DNA of 64,000 bases. Source: an uncultured Gemmatimonadales bacterium. GTDB taxonomy: Bacteria; Gemmatimonadota; Gemmatimonadetes; Gemmatimonadales; Gemmatimonadaceae. Every line of letters begins with the position of its first letter. The stretch's first letter is position 1. The translations under genes were made by a program, and so were the position numbers. Below are positions 42,199 through 50,642 of the stretch, in pieces. The stretch spans positions 4,352,001 to 4,416,000 of the forward strand of contig OY969695.1 of assembly GCA_963701965.1 (NCBI GenBank). The letters run 5' to 3'. Below the pieces are notes generated by a model, which saw only the letters and a program-made list of their open reading frames with translations, was not told the origin of the DNA and made no database searches.

Positions 42199-43650
42199 AT
42201 GCGCGTCTATCACATGTACATAAATGGCGAATTCGTCGATGCCGCCGATGGCACGACGTTGAACGTGTACGAGCCGGCCACCGAGGAGGTGATCGCCACG
42301 GTGCCGGCCGGGAAAGCGGTCGACGTCGACCGGGCGGTTGGCGCGGCCAAAACGGCCTTCTATCGCGTGTGGCGCGGGACCACGGCGCAGGAGCGCGGGC
42401 GCGTGTTGTTGCGCCTCGCCGAGCGGGTGCGGGCCCGGCGGAGCGAGTTGGCGGAGCTGGAGACGCGGAACTCCGGCAAGCCGATCGTCGAGGCCGAGTT
42501 GGATATGGACGACTCGGCGTCCTGCTTCGAGTACTATGGCGGCCTGGCGACGAAAATCCACGGCAATGTCATCCCGGTGCCCGCGCCCGCCCTGACGCTC
42601 GCGCTGCGCGAGCCGATGGGGGTGGCGGGGCAGATCATCCCCTGGAACTACCCGCTGGCTATGGCCGCCTGGAAATTGGGGCCGGCCATCGCCGCCGGCT
42701 GCACGGCGGTTATCAAGCCCGCGGAGCAAACGCCGCTGTCGCTGTTGGCGCTCGCCGAGGACTTCGAGGGCGTGGGGATCCCGCCGGGCGTCATCAATGT
42801 GGTCACGGGCGACGGGCCTGGGGCGGGGGCGCCCATCGTCAGGCACCGGGACGTGCGCAAGATCGCCTTTACCGGGAGCGCCGAGGTGGGGCGCACCATC
42901 ATGCGCGAGGCGGCCGAGTCCCTCAAGCGGGTGTCACTGGAATTGGGCGGGAAGTCGCCCAACATTTTTTTCAGCGACGCGGACTTCGAGGGCGCGGTCA
43001 ATGGCGCGCTCTTTGGCGTCTTCATCAATCAAGGGGAAGTGTGCTCGGCCGGCAGCCGGGTGCTGGTGCAGCGCGACATTTACAAGAAGTTCATCGAGGC
43101 CATGGCGGAGAAAGCCAAGACGATCACCGTGGGCAACGGACTCGATCGCCGCAACAAGATGGGGCCGCTGGTCAGCGCCGAGCAGCGTGATCGCGTGCGC
43201 GAGTATCTGGCGATCGGGGCCCGTGAGGGCAAGATCGCGGTTGGTGGCGGCGTACCCAAGCACGGCAAAGGGTGGTACGTCGAGCCGACGATCTTCTACG
43301 ACGTCGACAACAGTGCGCGCATTGCGCAGGAGGAGATCTTCGGGCCGGTCATGTCCGTCATCCCGTTCGCCGACGAGGCCGAGGCCATCCGCCTGGCCAA
43401 TGCCACGGAGTATGGGCTCGCGGCCGCGGTGTGGACCCGGGACATCTACAAGGCGTTTCGGGTCGTCAAGGAGCTGGAGGCGGGCGTGGTCTGGGTCAAC
43501 CACATGCAACCCACCATGATCGAGGCGCCATGGGGTGGGTACAAAGCCTCGGGCTTCGGCCGCGAGCTCGGGCACTGGGGCGTCGAGGCATACCTCGAGA
43601 CCAAGCAGGTCTACATCAATCTCGACGAACGGCCCATCGGCTGGTATTGA
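42199..43650 (+). CDS. Aldehyde dehydrogenase (aminobutyraldehyde/betaine-aldehyde type)
   Basis: PWNYP, FTGS, LELGGKSP, NQGEVCSAG, EEIFGP. Confidence 0.9.
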   Translation: MRVYHMYINGEFVDAADGTTLNVYEPATEEVIATVPAGKAVDVDRAVGAAKTAFYRVWRGTTAQERGRVLLRLAERVRARRSELAELETRNSGKPIVEAELDMDDSASCFEYYGGLATKIHGNVIPVPAPALTLALREPMGVAGQIIPWNYPLAMAAWKLGPAIAAGCTAVIKPAEQTPLSLLALAEDFEGVGIPPGVINVVTGDGPGAGAPIVRHRDVRKIAFTGSAEVGRTIMREAAESLKRVSLELGGKSPNIFFSDADFEGAVNGALFGVFINQGEVCSAGSRVLVQRDIYKKFIEAMAEKAKTITVGNGLDRRNKMGPLVSAEQRDRVREYLAIGAREGKIAVGGGVPKHGKGWYVEPTIFYDVDNSARIAQEEIFGPVMSVIPFADEAEAIRLANATEYGLAAAVWTRDIYKAFRVVKELEAGVVWVNHMQPTMIEAPWGGYKASGFGRELGHWGVEAYLETKQVYINLDERPIGWY

Positions 43651-43808
43651 ACTCGCGCTGCGCGCTCGTCAATAGCCAACGCGCGCTTCGGCACGGCCAG
43701 CGACTCGCGCGATCGAGAGTCGGTGACTTCAGCCGACGTGCAGGCCCGGCGATCACCGCGTGGCGATCCCAGGCGGGTGATTACAGGCTGGCGATCGCTG
43801 GCGGGCGA

Positions 43809-45209
43809 TCAAAGGCCCATAGATACGTACTTCGTCTCCAGGAACGCCTCCATGCCTTCGGTGCCGCCTTCGCGCCCGAGGCCGGATTCCTTGTACCCAC
43901 CAAACGGCGCCTGCGCCACCGCGGGGAGCGCGTCGTTGAGCCCCACGATGCCATACTGGAGCCGCTCGGCCACGCGCCACGCGCGCCCCAGGTCGCGCGT
44001 ATACGCATACGCCGCCAGCCCAAACGGCCCACGGTTGGCGCGTTCCAGCACTTCGTCCTCGGACTCGAACACCGCGATCGGCGCCACGGGCCCAAACGTC
44101 TCCTCACGCATGACCAGCATGTCGTCGGCGACGTCCGTGAGGATCGTCGGCTCGAAGAAATAGCCTTGGTCCCGCCCGGCCGGCCTCTTTCCGCCAACCC
44201 GCACCGTCGCCCCCCGCGAGACGGCGTCGCGCACATGCCGCTCGACCTTCTCCAGGCCAGCCCCGTCGATGAGGGGCCCAACCTGGACACCAGCAGTCAT
44301 GCCGTCTCCCACCGTCAGCGCCGCCACCAACGGCCGAAACGCGTCAACAAACCGGTCCGCCACGGACGCGTGAACGTAGATGCGGTTCGCACACACGCAC
44401 GTCTGCCCGGCATTCCGGAACTTGGACGCAATGGCGCCTTTGGCCGCCGCCTCGATGTCCGCATCGCCGAACACGATGAACGGCGCATGGCCGCCCAACT
44501 CCAGGGACACGCGCTTGACCGACGCCGCCGCTTCTCGCATGAGGTGCTTGCCGACCTCGGTCGATCCCGTGAACGTGATCTTTCGTACGCCTGGATGCTC
44601 CAGCATCTCGCTGCCCACCGCCGCCGGATCACTGGTGGCGACGAGCGTGAGTACGCCGTCCGGTAAGCCCGCCGCGGCCAGGACCTCGGCAATGGCGATG
44701 GCCGTCAACGGCGTCTGCTCGGCAGGCTTGAGGACCACGGTGCACCCGGCGGCGATCGCGGGGCCGACCTTCCGGGTGACCATCGCCGCGGGAAAATTCC
44801 ACGGCGTGATGGCCGCGACGACGCCGATCGGCTGTTTGATCACCAACAGCCGCTTCGCCGCGTGCGACGATGGGATGGTCCGGCCGTACACCCGCTCGGC
44901 CTCGCCAGCGAACCAACCGAAGAAGCTCGCGGCATACGCAATCTCGCCGCGGGCTTCGGCCAGCGGCTTGCCGCCCTCCCGCGTCAGCGTCCGCGCCAAC
45001 GCGTCCGTGCGTTCGAGCATGAGCGCCTCCGCCCGCCGGAGGACGCGGGCCCGCTCGGGCGCCGGCACCGCGGCCCACCCTGGCCCCGCGGCTTCCGCCG
45101 TCTCGATCGCGCGCCGTGCATCCTCCCGTGTGGCGTCCGGCACATTGGCGATGTGCTCCCCGGTCGCGGGATTGTACACCGGGAACGTTCCGGTCAGCGT
45201 CTGAGTCAT
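43809..45209 (-). CDS. gabD: NAD(P)-dependent succinate-semialdehyde dehydrogenase
   Basis: GKPLAEARGE, PWNFPAAM.TRK, ELGGHAPF, KFRNAGQTCVC, EETFGP. Confidence 0.9.
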   Translation of the reverse strand: MTQTLTGTFPVYNPATGEHIANVPDATREDARRAIETAEAAGPGWAAVPAPERARVLRRAEALMLERTDALARTLTREGGKPLAEARGEIAYAASFFGWFAGEAERVYGRTIPSSHAAKRLLVIKQPIGVVAAITPWNFPAAMVTRKVGPAIAAGCTVVLKPAEQTPLTAIAIAEVLAAAGLPDGVLTLVATSDPAAVGSEMLEHPGVRKITFTGSTEVGKHLMREAAASVKRVSLELGGHAPFIVFGDADIEAAAKGAIASKFRNAGQTCVCANRIYVHASVADRFVDAFRPLVAALTVGDGMTAGVQVGPLIDGAGLEKVERHVRDAVSRGATVRVGGKRPAGRDQGYFFEPTILTDVADDMLVMREETFGPVAPIAVFESEDEVLERANRGPFGLAAYAYTRDLGRAWRVAERLQYGIVGLNDALPAVAQAPFGGYKESGLGREGGTEGMEAFLETKYVSMGL

Positions 45210-45244
45210 GTCTGAAAGCTAACGACCATTGTATAGTTGTAGCC
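45210..45244. promoter_or_regulatory. Back-to-back -10 elements for probable leaderless divergent transcripts
   Basis: TAGCTT (minus, 45216-45221) 6 nt before the gabD ATG; TATAGT (45232-45237) 7 nt before GTG 45245; no SD. Confidence 0.55.
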
Positions 45245-46798
45245 GTGACTGACTACGACCTGCTCGCGGAGTTCGGGCGGGTGGACGGACAGACGGTCTA
45301 CCTCGCGCGCGAGCGCGCCACCGGTGCGCTCGCCGTCGCCCGTAGACCGTCCGGTGCGTCCGCCTCTGCTCCGCTCACAGTGTCCCGCGTGCTGGATGGC
45401 ACCGTCCCCGCGGACGGCGCGGTGTGCCCGTCCTGCGTGGGTTCCCTCCGAACGTGGGGACGCTTCTGCCCATCATGCGGCCGGGAAGTCTTTGGCACGG
45501 CCCCGACGACTGGCGAGGCGCCCGGCGCCGCGGAGCTCTTGCAAGCCGTGCGCGATGCGGCCGCGGATCGGTTCGACGTTCTCGGCGCGCTCCCGCGGAG
45601 CGATGGCGGCGATACTATATATTTTGCCGTCGACCTGAATACGGCCGACGTGGTCGCCCTCCGGCTGGCGCGCGAAGGGGTCGAAGCGGATGGCACCCTC
45701 TCGTATTCGCTGGAGCTGCCGCTCACCCTGTCGCCCGTCGGCCCCACGGTCGCACCGCCGGCGCCGGCGCAGGCAGCGCCGCCGAAACCTCCGGCGCCCC
45801 CAGCTGCGCCGCCACCGGCGCCTCCTGCCGTCAACGACGACTCGTTCACGTCGATCTTCGCCGTCGATAGTCCTCGTTCCGCGCCGCCCCCCCGCTCCCC
45901 GTCGCCGCCACCGCCTCCCGTTCCCTCTGCGGCGTCGGCGACGGGGATGATGTTCGCACCCGCGGCCGCACCGCCGGCGCCACCGCCTCCGAAAGCCCCC
46001 GAGCCGGTGACGGTGCCCTCCCCCGACGTCCCACCCGCCGCGAAGCCGCGCTCGCCGGTCCCGCGCGCCGTCATCATCGGCGGTGGCCTCGTCATTGGCG
46101 TCATTGCCGCGGTACTCGTCGTTATGGCGCTCGAGCCCAAACGCGCGCCTTTGGTCGCGGTGGCCGATACCACCACGCCTCCTCCGGTGGTGCGCGACAC
46201 GACGACGCCCAAACCGGCTCCCGTCGTCGACACCACGCCGCGACCGCCCGTTGCTACGCCGGCGCCCGAGCCCAAGCGCCCCGAGCCCCCGAAACCGAAG
46301 CGTCGCGTCGCATCCGCCGACACCGCTGGCCTTGGCGACGCCATCGCGGTCTGTTCGTCCGCCTCCCTCCACAGTCAGTGGCAGACGGCGCGGCCGGCCT
46401 GCGAACGCGCCGCGGCTGCCGGCAACGCGGATGCCGAGCTCTCACTCGGCATGATGCTGTCCCAATCTGGCACCGGCGCACCGCGCAACATGCCGGAAGC
46501 GGTGACGTGGTTTCGCAAATCGGCGGAGCAGGGGAATGCCCGGGCCCGAAACTACCTTGGCTGGGCCTACGCCAATGGCGATGGCGTCGCGCGCGATGGC
46601 GCGCAGGCTTTGTTGCTCTTTCGTCAGAGCGCCGAAGCCGGCAACGCCCAGGGCGAATATGGTCTGGGGATGATGTACGCCAACGGCACCGGCACGATGC
46701 GGTCCGACAGCCTGGCGGTGCAGTGGTTCCGGCGCGCCGCCACCAACGGAGATGCCCTCGCCCGTGGTGAGCTTACCCGCCGCGGACTGACTCCCTGA
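45245..46798 (+). CDS. Membrane protein: zinc ribbon flanked by kinase-N-lobe-like segments, Pro-rich linker, TM, Sel1 repeats
   Basis: CPSC..FCPSCG; TM IIGGGLVIGVIAAVLVVMA; AVTWFRKSAEQGN, LGWAYANGDGV, LGMMYANGTG. Confidence 0.8.
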   Translation: MTDYDLLAEFGRVDGQTVYLARERATGALAVARRPSGASASAPLTVSRVLDGTVPADGAVCPSCVGSLRTWGRFCPSCGREVFGTAPTTGEAPGAAELLQAVRDAAADRFDVLGALPRSDGGDTIYFAVDLNTADVVALRLAREGVEADGTLSYSLELPLTLSPVGPTVAPPAPAQAAPPKPPAPPAAPPPAPPAVNDDSFTSIFAVDSPRSAPPPRSPSPPPPPVPSAASATGMMFAPAAAPPAPPPPKAPEPVTVPSPDVPPAAKPRSPVPRAVIIGGGLVIGVIAAVLVVMALEPKRAPLVAVADTTTPPPVVRDTTTPKPAPVVDTTPRPPVATPAPEPKRPEPPKPKRRVASADTAGLGDAIAVCSSASLHSQWQTARPACERAAAAGNADAELSLGMMLSQSGTGAPRNMPEAVTWFRKSAEQGNARARNYLGWAYANGDGVARDGAQALLLFRQSAEAGNAQGEYGLGMMYANGTGTMRSDSLAVQWFRRAATNGDALARGELTRRGLTP

Positions 46799-47348
46799 CG
46801 CCTCCGATGGCCGTCACTCCGCCCGAGACGATAAACGCCATGACATCGGCGCTCGGCGTCGTCAGGTGGATCACATCCGCCGCCGGATAGATGTACAGCC
46901 GCCCGGACAGGCTGTACGAGAACGGCAAGTACACGGTGACGTGATCCGCCAATCCGAGCCCGGACAACGACTCCTGCGTGACGAACCCCAGCGCCCGCGC
47001 CGACAATGGGCCCTCCGGCGCCGGCACCAGCACGGGGGCATCGAACCGTCGCTTCTCGCCGACGAACGCGTTGAGCAGGTCTTTGGTCGACGTGTAGAGC
47101 AGCCGCACGAACGGCAGCCGCTCGATCGCCCCGTCGAGCGTATTGAGCAACCCCTTCGTCAGCAGCGTCGATCCCAGAAACCCGACCAGCGTGATCAGGG
47201 CCAGGGTGAGCACGAACCCCAGTCCCGGAATCGACAGCTGCAGCAGTCCGTCGATCGCCGTGAAGATACGAACGCACACGTAGACTGTGACCGCGATCGG
47301 GGCGACGAAGGCCAGCCCGCGCAGGAAGTACGAGACGAGTCGGCGCAT
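46773..47348 (-). CDS. DUF502 domain membrane protein
   Basis: YFLRGL..PIAVT, RLPFVRLLY, LGFVT, MAFIVSGG. Confidence 0.8.
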   Translation of the reverse strand: MRRLVSYFLRGLAFVAPIAVTVYVCVRIFTAIDGLLQLSIPGLGFVLTLALITLVGFLGSTLLTKGLLNTLDGAIERLPFVRLLYTSTKDLLNAFVGEKRRFDAPVLVPAPEGPLSARALGFVTQESLSGLGLADHVTVYLPFSYSLSGRLYIYPAADVIHLTTPSADVMAFIVSGGVTAIGGVRESVRGG

Positions 47349-48444
47349 GCGTGAATCTAGCGAGCCGTCGGTCGGGTTTGCGATTGCGTTGATGTTGGCG
47401 GCGAGCCTCCTCGCCGCCTGCGCCCCCGGTCCGTTCCGGTACGTGGACGTCGTCCAGAGCTTTCCCGACATGAACAGCTATGGGGCCGCGATGGACGCGG
47501 TCCGCCACTGGCAGCTCGAACGCGCGGCCGCGCGCCAGTTCTGGGGATTCGCCTACGCCGGCGCGCTGGTCTCGCTCCTCCTGCCGTCGTCCGTCCCTTC
47601 CCTCATCGTGTTGATCGCCGTTTCGGCGGTCGCCGCCTGCATCGCCACGGCACTGGCCCACCACCTATGGGGCGGATGGATTGCCGCCGGCATGGCGGCC
47701 GTCGGCTGGCCCTGGATCCAACGCGTGGCCTTTGGCGGGGCCGAGCCACTCTTTCTCGCGCTGGTGCTGGCGGCATTGGCCGCCGCCCGGCGCGAGTGGT
47801 GGGTGCGCGCCGCGTTGGCCGCGGCGTTGGCGACGACCGTCCGCCCCGTCGGCGTGTTCGCGCTGGCCGCCGTACTCGCCGTCGCGGTACGGCGACATCC
47901 CCGGTCCGCCCTCGCCGGCGCCGGCGTCTCCCTGCTCGTTCTGGTCCTCTATTGCGTCCCCGTCGCCATCGGAACGGGTGATCCGCTGGCCAACGTGCAT
48001 TGGTACATGCCACAAATGACCAACGGGTTGCCAGTCGGGATACCGTTCGTCGGTCTCTGGCGCGGGACGCGAACGAACCAGGTGAGCGTGCTTCGCAATA
48101 TTGAGATGCTAACCGCGGTCGGCGTCGTCCTGGCACCGGTTGCCGTGTGGGTGCTCTCGGCGCGTTGCCGGGTCGCCGCCGCCCGGTACCCGGCCGAGAC
48201 GATCTTTGCGCTCGCCTATTCGGGATTTCTCGTCACGCTCAACTGCCCTCCCTGCGCGTGGTTCTTCCCCAGATTCGCCATCATCTCGCTCCCGTTCGCG
48301 TTGCTCACCGTCCGGCGCTGGTTGCCCCGGGACGACCGCGTGTTGGCCGGAGCGGCCGTCATTTCCGCGCTCATCGCCGCGGCGACGCAGATCAATATGC
48401 GCGATCCAGGTACGAGCCTTTTACACCTGTTCGTCCATTTATAG
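47347..48444 (+). CDS. Polytopic membrane protein, GT-C (mannosyltransferase)-like
   Basis: GGAEPLFLAL, LATTVRPVG, PRFAIISLPF; many TMs; start uncertain (47347 or 47392). Confidence 0.55.
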   Translation: MRESSEPSVGFAIALMLAASLLAACAPGPFRYVDVVQSFPDMNSYGAAMDAVRHWQLERAAARQFWGFAYAGALVSLLLPSSVPSLIVLIAVSAVAACIATALAHHLWGGWIAAGMAAVGWPWIQRVAFGGAEPLFLALVLAALAAARREWWVRAALAAALATTVRPVGVFALAAVLAVAVRRHPRSALAGAGVSLLVLVLYCVPVAIGTGDPLANVHWYMPQMTNGLPVGIPFVGLWRGTRTNQVSVLRNIEMLTAVGVVLAPVAVWVLSARCRVAAARYPAETIFALAYSGFLVTLNCPPCAWFFPRFAIISLPFALLTVRRWLPRDDRVLAGAAVISALIAAATQINMRDPGTSLLHLFVHL

Positions 48445-48502
48445 TTGACTTCGGTTTCAGGCCAGATACATTGCCGCGGGCTGTCCCATACGGGAGGCGT
48501 GT

Positions 48503-49435
48503 CTGAAGCACAGAGCTGGCTGGAGTGTCGCGTGCGTGGCGCTGGCCTGGGCTGCCGCTGCTTGTCACCCGACAACGAGTGCCGTACCTGCGCGTGCCGC
48601 GGCTGATAGCGCGGCGCGGCGGGCCATTGCCAACGAGCGTGGCATTGATGTCCGCGCGCTTCCCGAACGCTCGATCGGCGTCGCCCCGTTGGCCGCCGAT
48701 ACGAACGACCGGATCGTCGGGCCGCTCGCCTACGCGTTGCCCGATCTCCTGATGGCCGACCTGGCGCAGAGTCACCAGGTTGTCGTGGTCGATCGCATCC
48801 GGCTCGACGCGATGCTGCGCGAGTTGAAGCTCGTCTCCTCGGGGCGCGTCGATACCGCGACGGCGCCGCGGGTCGGGCGTCTCGTGCAGGCGCGCCGGCT
48901 CGTCGTCGGGCGCCTGACGTCGTCGGGCGAAGGGAAGCAAATCAACATGGACATTCGGGTGGCCGATGTCGCGTCGTCGCAGATGGCGGGCGGGGTGTCG
49001 GCGCGCGCGCCGGCCGCCGATGTGATTGCCGCCGAGAAGGCCCTCGCCTTCCGGCTGTTCGATGTCCTCGGGGTCACGTTGACGCCCGTCGAGCGCACCG
49101 CGGTCGAGCAGCGGCCGACGAAGCACCTGTCGGCGCTCCTGGCCTACGGGCGTGGCGTGCGCGATGAGGCGGCGGGGCAATACGGCGACGCCGAGCGCGA
49201 ATACGCCGCGGCCGCGAGCATCGACCCCTCCTTCTCGCAAGCGCGGACCCGGTTCAACGCCACGCGACAGGTCAATGGCAATCAAGGCTCGCTCATGAGG
49301 GCGTCCTTCACGGCGGCCGATGCCGTGAACCCGAATCTCACGGACCCCGCCAGCGTATCGCGCATCGGCGGGTCGGCCGATCCGTCGTTCCCCCAACCGG
49401 TGACCGTCATTCTGACGATCACCAACGTGCCGTGA
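48503..49435 (+). CDS. CsgG/HfaB (TolB-N-like) lipoprotein with C-terminal TPR; probable CTG start
   Basis: GGAGG 5 nt before in-frame CTG gives MKHRAGWSVACVALAWAAAC (lipobox); VVDRIRLDAMLRELKL..TAPRVGRLVQARRLVVG; TPR-like helix ending IDPSF. Confidence 0.7.
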   Translation: MKHRAGWSVACVALAWAAAACHPTTSAVPARAAADSAARRAIANERGIDVRALPERSIGVAPLAADTNDRIVGPLAYALPDLLMADLAQSHQVVVVDRIRLDAMLRELKLVSSGRVDTATAPRVGRLVQARRLVVGRLTSSGEGKQINMDIRVADVASSQMAGGVSARAPAADVIAAEKALAFRLFDVLGVTLTPVERTAVEQRPTKHLSALLAYGRGVRDEAAGQYGDAEREYAAAASIDPSFSQARTRFNATRQVNGNQGSLMRASFTAADAVNPNLTDPASVSRIGGSADPSFPQPVTVILTITNVP

Positions 49436-50634
49436 TGCGGCACCGGTCTCTGGTCCTCGCCCTGCTCACGGTTCCCGGCATCGCCCGGGCCCAGGAGCGG
49501 CTGACGGGCATCACGAACAGCGACCTCACGCCGACGTTCAGCTACTGGACCTTCGGCGCGGGCGCGGTCCAGCCGGACGCCCTGGGTGGCGACAGCGTGC
49601 GCGTCTCGCACGTCTGGCAGTTCGCGGTCCCCATCGCGGTCGCGGTGCCGATCGGCGATCGCATCGTCATTGACGCGAGTGGCGCTTGGCAGACCGGTGA
49701 GGTCGAACTGGCCGGTGCCGACACGGCCCTGCACACGACCCACTACACCCTGAGCGGGCTCACCGACATCAAGCTGCGCATGGTCGCCCGGCTCGCCGGC
49801 GACAATGTCCTGCTCACCCTCGGCGTCAATGCTCCGACGGGGACGACGTCCCTCAACGCCCAACAGTACAAAGCGCTCCGGGTTCTCGCCGCGCCAGCGC
49901 TCGAGCTTCCCAACTCCACTCTGGGCACGGGTGCGGGCGGGACAGCCGGGATCGTGTTCGCGCGCCACATCGCGGGATGGTCGTGGGCCGTCAGTGGCGG
50001 GTACGAGATCCACGGCAGCTACGTCCCGATCCAGGCATACGCCGCCTTTGCCCAGGCGCCCGACTACCAGCCGGGCAACACGGCGCACTTTCAGCTGGGC
50101 ACCGACGGCTATATCGGATCGAGCAACATGACGATCAGCGTGGCCGCCAACGTCTATGCGCACGACAAGCTGACCAGCGTGGATTCGTCCGGCGCCAAGT
50201 TTTTGACCAACGTCTATCTCGGCCCCAGCTTCGAGGCCAACTGGCAGTGGCAGTTCGCGGCGCCCGGATTCCGCGAGTTGAGCCTCTACGCCCTCGACCG
50301 CTATCGGACGCGCTACAACGAGGGTGGTCCCTCGATCGCCGGTACCGACGGCAACTATCTCGACGCCGGGATCCATGCCGCCGTGCCGCTGGGCGAGTCG
50401 ACGAGCGGCGTCGCGACGCTGGGTCTCGTCCAACAGACCGGACTCTCCATCGACCATTCGTTCGCGACCGCGGGCATCACCGCCGGGGCGCTGACCCTCG
50501 GGATCGCGCAGGACTTCGGGATGTATCGGCTGGAGCCGTTCGTCCGCGGCGAATTCGGCACCCTCGATCTCGGCACCCACTCGCCCTCGGCCGCTTCACT
50601 GGCCGCGGGTCTCACGTTCCGTCTTCGTATCTGA
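49432..50634 (+). CDS. Putative outer-membrane beta-barrel protein
   Basis: Signal peptide (ARA-Q), amphipathic beta pattern, GLTDIKLR..TLGVNAPTG, terminal GLTFRLRI. Confidence 0.6.
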   Translation: MMRHRSLVLALLTVPGIARAQERLTGITNSDLTPTFSYWTFGAGAVQPDALGGDSVRVSHVWQFAVPIAVAVPIGDRIVIDASGAWQTGEVELAGADTALHTTHYTLSGLTDIKLRMVARLAGDNVLLTLGVNAPTGTTSLNAQQYKALRVLAAPALELPNSTLGTGAGGTAGIVFARHIAGWSWAVSGGYEIHGSYVPIQAYAAFAQAPDYQPGNTAHFQLGTDGYIGSSNMTISVAANVYAHDKLTSVDSSGAKFLTNVYLGPSFEANWQWQFAAPGFRELSLYALDRYRTRYNEGGPSIAGTDGNYLDAGIHAAVPLGESTSGVATLGLVQQTGLSIDHSFATAGITAGALTLGIAQDFGMYRLEPFVRGEFGTLDLGTHSPSAASLAAGLTFRLRI

Positions 50635-50642
50635 GCGGATCG

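Noticed and set aside
43651..43808. Possible structured ncRNA between the convergent dehydrogenases
   Set aside because: Several short GC-rich hairpins can be drawn, but they are expected at this GC content and match no RNA family I recognise.
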